Positions 1 through 8,744 of a stretch of 64,000 bases of DNA are shown here, piece after piece; position 1 is the first letter of the stretch; the number at the start of each line of letters is the position of its first letter. This DNA comes from Acidimicrobiales bacterium. GTDB lineage: Bacteria > Actinomycetota > Acidimicrobiia > Acidimicrobiales > GCA-2861595. Position numbers and translations under genes: made by a program. The stretch lies in contig DATAIT010000031.1 of NCBI GenBank assembly GCA_036262515.1, positions 8,678 to 72,677 of the forward strand. Direction: 5' to 3'. The notes under the pieces are model-generated. The model was given only the letters and a program-made list of their open reading frames with translations, ran no database searches and had not been told where the DNA came from.

Positions 1-190
1 CCTGGAGGATCCGATGTACCCACGCCAGGGTCTTCTCGGCCTTGCTCGCCGGCTCGACGGTGAAATCGACGTCGTACTTGTTCTTGAAGTAGCGGGCCTC
101 GTTGGCGCGGAGGCCGGCGAGGGCGGCAGCGACCGGCGACGATTCGAGTCCGACGGTCGAGACGTTGACGAAATCAACGGTGTAGGGCAT
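1..190 (-). CDS. hypothetical protein, N-terminal part only (gene continues past window start)
   Basis: Own minus-strand translation. ATG at 190-188 sits 6 nt after AGGAG (revcomp of 197-201). Reads MPYTVDFVNVSTVGLESSPVAAALAGLRANEARYFKNKYDVDFTVEPASKAEKTLAWVHRILQ with no stop to position 1. Absent from the ORF track because no stop lies in the window. No family recognised. Confidence 0.4.
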   Translation of the reverse strand, partial: MPYTVDFVNVSTVGLESSPVAAALAGLRANEARYFKNKYDVDFTVEPASKAEKTLAWVHRILQ

Positions 191-379
191 CGCGAACTCC
201 TGATCGGCCTCGAAGGACGCGCGGGACGTTAGCGCCGAGCAACCTTCGTCACGCCCTGCGTGACGTCGCCGCAGCCGGAACGGGACAGTCGCGTCATTAT
301 TGCCACCCACCTCGTCGAGGCGTAGTATTCCCGAAGCACGCCGACGGGCACGCGGTTCCAAGGGGGAAAGGAATACTGG

Positions 380-1528
380 ATGGACAACAAGATCGATGCG
401 ACGCGCTCGCGCGTCGGACCAGGCCAGCGCGTCGCGTTGCGTCGGCTTCGGCTGGCTGTCATGGCGGTGGGGAGCGCAGCGCTCATGGTCGTCGGCACAG
501 GATCCACCCAGGCCATCGCGCCGGGCGACAGCGGCTTGATCGCGTACGAGTCCAACCGCGACGGGTCCAACGACATCCTCGTGATGAACCCGGACGGCAC
601 CATCGAGACGAACCTGACCAAGAATCCGGCCAACGACGTGTTTCCGGCGTGGTCGAACGACAGCACGAAGATCACCTTCTCCAGCGATCGTCACCAGGCC
701 GGGAATCTCGATATCTACGTCATGAACGTGGACGGCAGCGGGGTCACGCAGCTGACCGACTCGCCGGGCGAGGATCGGGGTACCAGCTGGACGGACGACG
801 GTTCCACCATCGTGTTCCACAGCGCCCGCAACCGGATCCTGGGCGGCCACAACTTCGACATCTTCACCATGAGATCCGACGGCAGCGACCCGACGATGAT
901 CTTCCAGAACGGCTCGGCCGCCTACGTATGCGGATCGAGCCTGAACGGCCATATCGTCTTCAACAGCGCCAGCGATCCCACCGGCGAGAACCCGCCGATA
1001 GGGGCCGACCCGACGACCGGCGCGCCCATCTACGACTTCGAGATCTTCACGATGGACATGAGCGGCGGCGACGTGACCCAGCTCACCGACAACACGATCC
1101 TGGACAGCGGGCCGAAGTGGTCGCCCGACTGCCAGACGGTCTCCTACAACAGCCTCGACGCCGGGGGCAGTCTCGACGTCCACCGGGTGGACGCCACCGG
1201 CGCCAACGACGTCAACCTGACCAACGCGCCCGGCATCTTCGACGGCTTCTCCGCGTGGTCGCCGGACGGGAACGAGATCGTCTTCTCGAGCGACCGCAGC
1301 GTCAACTTCGAGCTCTTCAAGATGAGCTCCGTGGACGGCAGCAACGTCCAGCGCCTCACGACCACCAAGCGCGCAGTGGCGGACCTGCGTGCCGACTGGG
1401 GGAGCGCACCGGCTCGCCAGATCCCTCCGGACGACAAGGACCAGTGCAGGTACAACCAGTGGAAGGAGTTCACGACCCCGTCCTTCACCAGCCAGGCGGT
1501 GTGCATCGACTACGTGAACGCCCTTTGA
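380..1528 (+). CDS. secreted PD40/TolB-like beta-propeller repeat protein
   Basis: ORF 380-1528 with a purine-rich GGGGGAAAGGA run just upstream of the ATG. N-terminal signal/anchor LAVMAVGSAALMVVGTGSTQA. Repeated PD40-type blocks: AWSNDSTKITFSSDR, SWTDDGSTIVFHSAR, KWSPDCQTVSYNS, AWSPDGNEIVFSSDR. Confidence 0.85.
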   Translation: MDNKIDATRSRVGPGQRVALRRLRLAVMAVGSAALMVVGTGSTQAIAPGDSGLIAYESNRDGSNDILVMNPDGTIETNLTKNPANDVFPAWSNDSTKITFSSDRHQAGNLDIYVMNVDGSGVTQLTDSPGEDRGTSWTDDGSTIVFHSARNRILGGHNFDIFTMRSDGSDPTMIFQNGSAAYVCGSSLNGHIVFNSASDPTGENPPIGADPTTGAPIYDFEIFTMDMSGGDVTQLTDNTILDSGPKWSPDCQTVSYNSLDAGGSLDVHRVDATGANDVNLTNAPGIFDGFSAWSPDGNEIVFSSDRSVNFELFKMSSVDGSNVQRLTTTKRAVADLRADWGSAPARQIPPDDKDQCRYNQWKEFTTPSFTSQAVCIDYVNAL

Positions 1529-1534
1529 CCGGCC

Positions 1535-1564
1535 GCCGACCGTGCGCTTCCACGCACGGTCGGC
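1535..1564. terminator. GC-rich hairpin between convergent genes
   Basis: Perfect 12-bp inverted repeat GCCGACCGTGCG (1535-1546) / CGCACGGTCGGC (1553-1564) with a 6-nt loop. It starts 7 nt after the PD40 stop. No clear U-tract. Confidence 0.5.
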
Positions 1565-1673
1565 CGTCTGTGCGCAATGATCGCGGCCCGACGGGCCCAG
1601 GCCACCTACGCCAGGGTCGAAGTGGCCGACCCTACGAGCGGGCCGTGGCCGCCGCCCGCCACCTCCCGGACCG

Positions 1674-2134
1674 TTACCTCGGAAGGTCGGTCCGCTCGAG
1701 CAGCTCGTCGAGCTGGACCAGGCCGGCGGCCGTCATCACCCCGACGAAGCGGCCGTCCTCGCACACGGCCAGCCGCTCCCCGCCGGCGGTCTCCATGGCC
1801 CGGATGGCGTCCCCCAGTGGCCACGAGGGCTGCGCCACCGGCACCGATGGCGGCGCCGGCCTACAGACGTCGCCGACGAACCGCCCCGCCCGGCCCACAG
1901 ACACACGACGGCCGCCGCGAGTCCGAGGGCGGGGGCGACGACCTGCACCAGCGGAGCGTGGACGACCGCGTCGAGCAGCACGTCCTTGGTGAGTCGCTCG
2001 AACGCAGCAACGGCCAGCCCGGTCACGGCTCCGGTGACGGTCGCCGGGAGGAGCATCTGCCGCGTCCGGCGGGAGAGGTCCCGCAGTTGCGCCGAGCTGG
2101 GACGCGCGTGCCAGCGGCGGCTGGGGAGGATCAC
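1674..2134 (-). pseudogene. remnant of a ClC chloride-channel gene (N-terminal helix fused out of frame to one CBS module)
   Basis: Frame 1 (GTG 2134, overlapping the marR stop as GTGA) gives LLPATVTGAVTGLAVAAFERLTKDVLLDAVVHAPLVQVVAPALGLAAAVVCLW, a ClC-type N-terminus. After a frame change near 1880-1895 the other frame gives RFVGDVCRPAPPSVPVAQPSWPLGDAIRAMETAGGERLAVCEDGRFVGVMTAAGLVQLDELL, a CBS domain, stopping at 1674. The channel body (about 400 aa) is missing. Confidence 0.45.
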
Positions 2135-2643
2135 CGGTCGGCGGTCTCCCACCCGAACAGGTCTGCTTCCTGCAAGGCCTCCTCGGCCGCAGCCGCGAAT
2201 GCCCGCAGCACGCGCACCGCGTCGGCTGCTGCCGCCTCGCCCATCCTCTCGGCGATGGCTGCAAGGTCCCGCCGCCGGCGCTGCGTCACCCGGCTCACGA
2301 GCCGGCGCCCGGCGGCCGTGACGAAAAGATCGGTCTGGCGTCGATCCTCGGCCGCCTCCCTCCGCTGCAGCAGGCGCTTGCGCACGAGGCGGTCGCACAA
2401 TCGCGAGGCCGACGTGGAGTGGACGCCGAGGGCAGCCGCGAGATCGGACACCGTCGTGCGGTCCCGAGACGAGACGAGCACCAGCACCCGGAACTGGGGC
2501 AGGGTCACGTCGCCCACGCCGGCCAGCGAACGCGCCGCCACCCCGACCAGCGCACGGGACGCCACCAGCAGAGCGTCGCCCGCCTCGGTCGCGTAGCTCA
2601 CCGCATCAAGTGTAGTAGTGCATCCATCGATGGCCCGCAGCAC
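2131..2643 (-). CDS. MarR family transcriptional regulator
   Basis: ORF 2131-2643. Winged-helix block TLPQFRVLVLVSSRDRTTVSDLAAALGVHSTSASRLCDRLVRKRLLQRREAAEDRRQTDLFVTAAGRRLV is typical of MarR. Confidence 0.9.
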   Translation of the reverse strand: MLRAIDGCTTTLDAVSYATEAGDALLVASRALVGVAARSLAGVGDVTLPQFRVLVLVSSRDRTTVSDLAAALGVHSTSASRLCDRLVRKRLLQRREAAEDRRQTDLFVTAAGRRLVSRVTQRRRRDLAAIAERMGEAAAADAVRVLRAFAAAAEEALQEADLFGWETADR

Positions 2644-2692
2644 CGGAGCGCCGGGACCCGAAGCGGCGATCTACCGGCGTCCGATGGAATCC

Positions 2693-2977
2693 CTAGCGGT
2701 CGCCCACCGGCCGGCCGCAGGCCCGGACAGTGTCACGGCCGGCCCGCTTCGCCTCGTAGAGGCACTCGTCCGCCAGGCGCGACAGGTCGCCGGCGACGAG
2801 CCCGACGCCGTCGCAGGTGCACACGCCGGCTGAGGCCGGGCCAGGCGGTACGCCGTCCAGGCTGGCGACGACCGCGGAGGGCAGGTGCTCCGCGCGCGTT
2901 CGGCCCACCCTCCCCAGCTCCGGCCAGCATGAGGACGAACTCCTCGCGGCGAGTCCGGACCGACGCATGACCCGCAC
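2693..2977 (-). pseudogene. 3-prime fragment of a GGDEF (diguanylate cyclase) gene, frame-split
   Basis: One frame reads SVRTRREEFVLMLAGAGEG (degenerate GGEEF strand). The adjacent frame reads EHLPSAVVASLDG...GVCTCDGVGLVAGDLSRLADECLYEAKRAGRDTV (GGDEF C-terminal helix). The N-terminal half of the domain is absent, and a plus-strand gene starts at 3012. Confidence 0.45.
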
Positions 2978-3011
2978 CTAGGCTGCCATCCGCCTGGAAG
3001 GAGGCCACGCG

Positions 3012-3451
3012 ATGACCGTCGACGTCCTCACCGAGATCGACATCGGCCTCCCGGTCGTGACGGTCGGGGCATACGCGGCCGACCCGTCCAACGCTCCCGA
3101 GTGGTACGTCAACATCGAGTCGGCCCGATGGAAGACCGGCCACCGCTGCGGGTCGGATCGGTCGTGGCATTCACCGCCCGGTTCCTCGGCCGGCGCCTGG
3201 CATACGACTACGAGGTCGTCGAGCTCGTCCCCGGCGAGCGGCTGGTCATGCGCACCGCCGACGGGCCCTTCCCCATGGAGACCACCTACACCTGGACACC
3301 GACCCCGAGCGGTGGGACTCACATGACCCTCCGCAACCGCGGCGAACCCGGCGGGTTCTCCCGACTGGCGTCGCCGCTCATGGCTCCGGCGATGCGGCGC
3401 GCCAATCGGAAGGACCTCGCCAACCTCAAGACGATCCTCGAGGGCCGCTGA
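3012..3451 (+). pseudogene. SRPBCC (polyketide cyclase/dehydrase-like) family gene with a frameshift near 3139
   Basis: ORF 3012 frame gives [42 protein letters not shown]. Continuity is only restored in the ORF 3101 frame: [54 protein letters not shown]...NRKDLANLKTILEGR. One base appears to be missing at ACC-GG-CCA. Confidence 0.6.
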
Positions 3452-3493
3452 GCCGACGGCTCGGGACCATGCGACCGCCCCGGCCCGGCCGCC

Positions 3494-4352
3494 TAGGTGC
3501 TCGGGCTGTGCCGGATCAGGAAGTCGACCATCGTGTCGACGACGGCGCGACTCATCTCGTGGCCGGTTCTCGGCACGACGCCGAGCTCGCCCGTCGGAAG
3601 GCTCCGATACACCAGGCCCGCCCCTTCGGCGCTGCAAGACATGTCACGGTCGCCCGTGAGGATGAGCGTGGGGACGGCGATGTCGGCGAAGTCGGCGACT
3701 GAGTAGCCCAGCGGGGCGACGCCGCGGTCGAAGAAGAGTCGGAGGTCTCCCGCCAGTGACCCTCGCCCTGGGCACCGTCGTAGTCGGCCTTCATCGTGGC
3801 GAACATCGCCGCCATCACCGGCGACATGGACTGGATCGTGCGCTCGGCGGCATCGGGGTCCGCTGCGGTGGCATCAGGACGGCCGCCGAAGATGGGGCGG
3901 ATGGTCTGGTGGGCCATGGCATGGGGGTCGAACACGTCGAAGCCGGCGTGGTTGACGAGGGCCCGCACCAGGTCGGGACGCCTGAGGGCCACGACGGTGG
4001 CCGTCGTCCCGCCCTCGCTGAACCCTGCGAACAGCGGCCGGTCGAGCCCGAGGGCGGTCACGAGGGCGACGACGTCGTCGGCCAGGACGTCGAAGGTCGC
4101 CGTCCCGCCCGCGTGCACCGTCGCACCCGAACCCCGTGTGTCGGGGGCGATGACGCGGAAATGCTCCCCGAGCGCGCCGAGATGGTCGACGTGCGCGGCC
4201 GGCGAACCGGCCCACCCCGGTCCCGTCGAGACCAGGCCGCCGTGGAGCAGCATCAGGGGCGGGCCGTCGCCGACGTCGGTGTAGGCGATGTCGATCCCGT
4301 TCGCTCGGATCAGCTTGGCGCCGCGCTCTGCGGCGACGTCGGCGATGGTCAT
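3494..4352 (-). pseudogene. alpha/beta hydrolase gene with a frameshift near 3760
   Basis: ATG 4352 follows GGGAGGG. The N-part reads MTIADVAAERGAKLIRANGIDIAYTDVGDGPPLMLLHGG...FAGFSEGG (nucleophile elbow). The C-part is found only in another frame by own translation: SLAGDLRLFFDRGVAPLGYSVADFADIAVPTLILTGDRDMSCSAEGAGLVYRSLPTGELGVVPRTGHEMSRAVVDTMVDFLIRHSPST, stop 3494-3496. The shift falls in a C3 run at 3760-3762. Confidence 0.6.
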
Positions 4353-4389
4353 GTCATCCCTCCCGTTCGTTGGTTGGTTGGATCCGCGC

Positions 4390-5796
4390 TCATCCGACGG
4401 TGAAGTCGACCGAGGCCGTGGCGTCGTCCCGCAGGACGAGCTTGTACGCGCCCTGCGGAGGATCGTCCACGAGGTACGACGCTCGGAAATCCACGGCCGG
4501 CTTGTCCGGGTAGGGCAGCTCGTTGAGGCTGTCGGCGGCGACGGTCGTACCGTCGGGGAGCGTGACGACGATGGTGCCGTTGAACACGTTCTGCCCGTAG
4601 GGGACGGTGGTGGCGATGCTGGCGAAGTCGACGACCAGGAACCGGTGGCCGCGTGGCGCCTGACGGTACCCACCGGCCAATGGGTCGTCGGCCCTGGCCT
4701 CGGCCCTGCGCACGTCCAGCGTGAGCCGTCCCGCCGAAAGGCGAGTGGCGGCGAAGACCACCGGTACCGGCTCGAGGCTGGCCACCGTTCCGGCTGAGCC
4801 GAGCGGCACGACGGCCTGGTTCCGGTCCGACGCTCCGAAGGTGACCACGGCGTCGCCGAGCGAGAAGTCGTTCCCGACCTCGAACGACAGCGTGCCCTTG
4901 CCGGTCGAACGCCCGGGCACCGTCGGGAGGTCGCTGGAGTAGGCCAGCTCATGGCTGCGGCTGTGGGATTCGACGAAGATCGTCCGCTCGAGCACGACGT
5001 CCTGGTCGCCCTGGTTCTCGAGGGACGCGGCCACGTCGAGCCGGCGCACATCGCCGACCGTGTGCAGGACGGCCCGCTGGAGCGTGATCTTGAACCCTGC
5101 GTACCAGAGGGACCTGCCCATCTCGACCTCGGCGTCGCGACCGCGCACCGACGACGCGGCATGCGTCGTCTCCGGACTGGTGGCGTCGTCGACGAACCGG
5201 TTGACCACGAGGCTGGCGGCGGCCAGACCCACCAGCAGGACGACGAGCCGTGGCCCACCGTACGAGCGGCGTCGCCGTGGTAGAGCCGGCGGTGGTTCGG
5301 GAGTGGGCATCGGCGCAGGGCCGGGCGGGGCTGTCGGCCCGAGCAGCTCTTCGAGCCGGGCGATGAGACGACCCACGTCGTAGTCCCACCGGTCGTCGCT
5401 CAGTTCGATGGCCTGGCGGCGCCCGAGGACGGCGATCGACTCGGGAAGATCGGACGGCCCCGGCGGCCCCGCCCCTTCGACCAGGACCGGGATGACGTCG
5501 ATCCCCTTGTGCAACGCCGACGCGATCTCGAGGCGCACGAAGTCGCCGGGATCGTCGAGGCGCCGACGACCCGACGTGTCGGTGATCGTGAGCCAGTCCT
5601 TCCCGATCAGGGCGATGACCGCTCCAGAGCCCGCGACGGCCGCCTCGATGGTGGCGACGAAGTCGGCGCCGGGGCGGATGGCGTCGATGTCCCGGAACAC
5701 GCCGTCGTCCCCGAAGCGGTGGCGCAGCGCATCGTCCAGCCGCCCTCCGTATCCCGACGTGTCGTCACGGCGGTAGCTGATGAAGACCGGTTTCAC
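4390..5796 (-). CDS. membrane-anchored TIR domain protein with an extracytoplasmic beta-rich C-terminal region
   Basis: GTG start 5796 overlaps the CHAT stop (GTGA 5793-5796). Residues 1-150 are TIR_2-like: VFISYRRDD, conserved Glu in DFVRLEIASAL (E90, codon 5527-5529). Then a Pro-rich linker, RRRR, and one TM helix (LVVLLVGLAAASLVVN). The C-terminal region of about 230 aa forms two beta-rich repeats resembling DUF4352-type sandwiches (tentative). Confidence 0.9.
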   Translation of the reverse strand: MKPVFISYRRDDTSGYGGRLDDALRHRFGDDGVFRDIDAIRPGADFVATIEAAVAGSGAVIALIGKDWLTITDTSGRRRLDDPGDFVRLEIASALHKGIDVIPVLVEGAGPPGPSDLPESIAVLGRRQAIELSDDRWDYDVGRLIARLEELLGPTAPPGPAPMPTPEPPPALPRRRRSYGGPRLVVLLVGLAAASLVVNRFVDDATSPETTHAASSVRGRDAEVEMGRSLWYAGFKITLQRAVLHTVGDVRRLDVAASLENQGDQDVVLERTIFVESHSRSHELAYSSDLPTVPGRSTGKGTLSFEVGNDFSLGDAVVTFGASDRNQAVVPLGSAGTVASLEPVPVVFAATRLSAGRLTLDVRRAEARADDPLAGGYRQAPRGHRFLVVDFASIATTVPYGQNVFNGTIVVTLPDGTTVAADSLNELPYPDKPAVDFRASYLVDDPPQGAYKLVLRDDATASVDFTVG

Positions 5797-8744
5797 GCCG
5801 GGCCCACGGTGCCGGCCCCACCGGCCACCCCGCGGGCGGCGCCCGGCAGGAGCGACCTGGCCAGGTCGGTGAGGCTCGAGCCGCGTTGCAGCTCGCCGAC
5901 GTCGCGCAGGTGGTCGACGACGGTGTCCCGGTCGCGGCGGCTGGAGCGCGTGGCGAAGGCGTCCAGGTACAGCCCCTCGAGCCGGTGAAGATCCGCCGGC
6001 TCTCCGAGCAGGTAGCGCGTGAGCGCCAGGTCGGCCAGCATCACGCGCTGCCAGAAGTCCTCCGGGTCGAGCGCCTTCGCCTCAGCGCGATCGGTCCCCC
6101 CGGTCGCATCCCCGGGCCCTGCCGCCGCCCGTCCCGGAGACGGCGGCTCCACCGCCGCCAGCGCAGCCCGGGCCTCGGCCTCGGGCACGGGGGCCCCGGC
6201 GAGCGCGTGCATCTGCAACCAGTTCAGCGCGTGGTACGGCTTGGGCCGCCCATGCTTCGAACCGAGCTCCGACGCCTCGCCATACCGACGGGCCGCCTCG
6301 GAGACGTGGCGCCGGCGCTGGTCGCCGCCCACCAGGGTCGCCGCCTTCTTGTGGAAGCTTCCCAGCAGGGCCAGCCGTTCGGGGGTCTCGCCCAGCCCCA
6401 GGGCCAACTCGAGGTGGGCCCCCGCCGCCTCCAGCAAATCACCGACCTGGGCGGCGGCGTCCGCTGCGGCGCCGGCATCGACGGCGGCGCGCACCTGCTG
6501 CTGGGCGAGGCGCACCTCGAAGTTGCCGAGCTGCTCCAGCAGCTTCACCGGCGCCGTGTTGCTGTCGGCGTGGTCCCACGCCCGCCGGTAGCACTCCACC
6601 GCCTGGGCGTAGGCGCCGAGCTCCCCGTAGGCCAGGCCAAACTCGTACAGGACCGGCGGGACGTCCCACCCGCTGGTGGCGAGCCGGCGGCGATGGCCGT
6701 CGAGCTCGGCCACGAGCGCCCGGCCGCGCGTGGACAGCTCCTCGAAGTCGGGGAGCCCGATCTTCCCGGCGAGCACGGTGATCGTTCGCAGTCGCCGCAC
6801 GAGCTCGCCGGCACTGACCATGTGGTGCTCGGCTTCCGCAGCGGCGCCGGCGCTGAAGAGGCGGTACCCGGGATCGCCGTAGCACTGGAACGCCGCCCAC
6901 GTGGTCGACGCCGGGTACCGGCGGTGGACCATCTCGCGCCCGGTCTGGACGGCGGCGCCGAAGAGGGCTCCGCCGAGGAGCTCCTCGTAGAAGGTCTCGG
7001 CGAAGACCACGGCCGCGTCGTCGTCGACGGCCCAACCGGCGGCCACCACGGCGTGGACTCCCAGGCACATGAGCTCGCGCGCCACGCTGGCCGCGAGGCG
7101 GTGCCGGTCCGTCGGTGCGTTCGAGCGGTCGTCGACCCGGGCCAGGTGACAGCAGTTGAGGAACACCAGCTCGGGAACAGCGGGAAGCTGGCGGACCACG
7201 TTGGCGGTGATGGCGGTCTCGCCGTCGATCACCACCCCCGAGGCGGCGGGATCGGCCGGCTCGAAGACCCCGTGGGCGGCGATGTGGACGACCCGCCACT
7301 CGGCGGAGAACAGTGCGTCGAGCACCCGGCGGCCGGTGGTGCCGGTGAGCTGCGGGAACGAGTCGAGCACCGGGTCACCGTGCTCGTCCCACACGAGCGC
7401 AGAGACGTCGAACTTCCTCCCCAGCGCCGCCGAAACGGCTGCCCCTTCGCGCCCCGCCCCCGGCAGCCCGCTCGCTCCTGGCGGCGGCGGCGGATTGCCC
7501 ACCACGAGCACACGCGACCCGACCGGCGGCCGGGCCGGCAGGCGCGACCGCTCCATGTCGCGGAACTGGCGGAGGAACCCGCCGCGCAGCGCCAGCTCGC
7601 TGGCCCGGCGGCCCCCGAAGCGGGCCGTGAGCGCCTCCCACGGAAGGTCGGCCGTGTTCTCGTCGACGATCAGCTGGAGGTTGTCGCTCTTCGCCAGATC
7701 GCTCTTCAGGTCGTTCGGGAGCAGCAGCTCGTAGAGCGTGTTGCCCACCTGGCCGTCGGGCCGGGCGTCGCGGACGGCGCCTTGCACGAGGCGCTCGATG
7801 GCCCGGAGGTCGATCGCCACCTCCAGGGCCGCTGCGCGCGCCCGGCGACCGATGGCGGTGAACTCGAGCACGGCGACGGAACCGGGCCCCTCCTCCGGCG
7901 GGCCGTCGTGGCGCTCGCGGCGAGGATTGCGGATGATGACCCGCTGCCAGTCCCCCGACCGCTGGAGGCCCGACAGCGACGCGGGGAGACCTCCCTCGCG
8001 GATCCGGAGTCGCTCGTGGAGGACGAGCTCGGTGTGGCCGGCCGTCCCGACCTGGGCCAGATCCCTCGACCTGCGGACGGCGTGCGCCACACGTTCGGCC
8101 CGGTCGCTGAGCACCTCCAGGAACTCCAGCCCGGCGATCCGCACGTGGTCCCAGGCCCGGATCCCGGTGACACCGTCGCGCTGCGTGTGGAGCGCCTGGT
8201 TGGCCAGGATGAGGCCGTCGACCATGGCGGCCACGCAACTCTCGACGGAGATGGCGCCGACGCCCCAGGTGCCGACGGGGACAGCCGAGACCTCGAGGGC
8301 CTGGATCGGCCGGTCGGCCTCCCCCCGGGCGAGGCGGGACTCCATCTCGCGGACCGCGTAGCAGAGCAGGCCGGCCGACACGGCGGCGGTGAGCCGGTCG
8401 CGGGTCAGCTCTCCCGGCAGGTCGAGCCCGACGACGATCGCCCCAGGCGGGTAGCCGGGCCTGCCGCCGGCCAGGCCGGGGGCGTCGACGACGATGGCGT
8501 CGCCCACCCGCTCGGGATACTGCCGGAGAAGCTGCCGGGTCGTGAGACGCCTGCCCAGTCGCTCGTCGACGAACGACTCGGCACCGCCCAACGGCGAGCC
8601 CAGGAAGTGGCCGACCAGGACGTGGCGGCCGGCGAACTCCAGGCTGGCGTGGGCGGCGGAGACGACGACGGGTTGCGGGGCCGCGCCGGGCGGCACCGCC
8701 TCGCCGCTTCCCGCCGACGTCCCGGGCGTGGTCATCGCCGTCAA
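5793..8744 (-). CDS. CHAT (caspase-fold) domain protein with C-terminal TPR-like repeats and an unassigned N-terminal region
   Basis: ORF 5793-8744 (start TTG 8744 or ATG 8735). CHAT core: VLVVGNPPPPP, WRVVHIAAHG (His codon 7272-7274), LVFLNCCHLA (Cys codons 7149-7154), AVVAAGWAVDDD, FQCYGDPGY. The C-terminal region of about 330 aa is helical and repeat-like (YEFGLAYGELGAYAQAVECYRRAW). The N-terminal region of about 370 aa has no recognised motif. Confidence 0.9.
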   Translation of the reverse strand: MTAMTTPGTSAGSGEAVPPGAAPQPVVVSAAHASLEFAGRHVLVGHFLGSPLGGAESFVDERLGRRLTTRQLLRQYPERVGDAIVVDAPGLAGGRPGYPPGAIVVGLDLPGELTRDRLTAAVSAGLLCYAVREMESRLARGEADRPIQALEVSAVPVGTWGVGAISVESCVAAMVDGLILANQALHTQRDGVTGIRAWDHVRIAGLEFLEVLSDRAERVAHAVRRSRDLAQVGTAGHTELVLHERLRIREGGLPASLSGLQRSGDWQRVIIRNPRRERHDGPPEEGPGSVAVLEFTAIGRRARAAALEVAIDLRAIERLVQGAVRDARPDGQVGNTLYELLLPNDLKSDLAKSDNLQLIVDENTADLPWEALTARFGGRRASELALRGGFLRQFRDMERSRLPARPPVGSRVLVVGNPPPPPGASGLPGAGREGAAVSAALGRKFDVSALVWDEHGDPVLDSFPQLTGTTGRRVLDALFSAEWRVVHIAAHGVFEPADPAASGVVIDGETAITANVVRQLPAVPELVFLNCCHLARVDDRSNAPTDRHRLAASVARELMCLGVHAVVAAGWAVDDDAAVVFAETFYEELLGGALFGAAVQTGREMVHRRYPASTTWAAFQCYGDPGYRLFSAGAAAEAEHHMVSAGELVRRLRTITVLAGKIGLPDFEELSTRGRALVAELDGHRRRLATSGWDVPPVLYEFGLAYGELGAYAQAVECYRRAWDHADSNTAPVKLLEQLGNFEVRLAQQQVRAAVDAGAAADAAAQVGDLLEAAGAHLELALGLGETPERLALLGSFHKKAATLVGGDQRRRHVSEAARRYGEASELGSKHGRPKPYHALNWLQMHALAGAPVPEAEARAALAAVEPPSPGRAAAGPGDATGGTDRAEAKALDPEDFWQRVMLADLALTRYLLGEPADLHRLEGLYLDAFATRSSRRDRDTVVDHLRDVGELQRGSSLTDLARSLLPGAARGVAGGAGTVGPA

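Noticed and set aside
229-675. 148-aa minus-strand ORF overlapping the PD40 gene start
   Set aside because: It overlaps a well-supported plus-strand gene and the divergent intergenic region. No motif and no RBS. Judged spurious.
3552-5258. 568-aa minus-strand ORF apparently fusing the hydrolase to a long N-terminal extension
   Set aside because: The first ~300 aa are an out-of-frame read of the TIR gene's C-terminal region (Ser/Pro/Arg-rich). The hydrolase has its own RBS and ATG at 4352. The 3-prime ~65 codons are the wrong frame after the frameshift near 3760.
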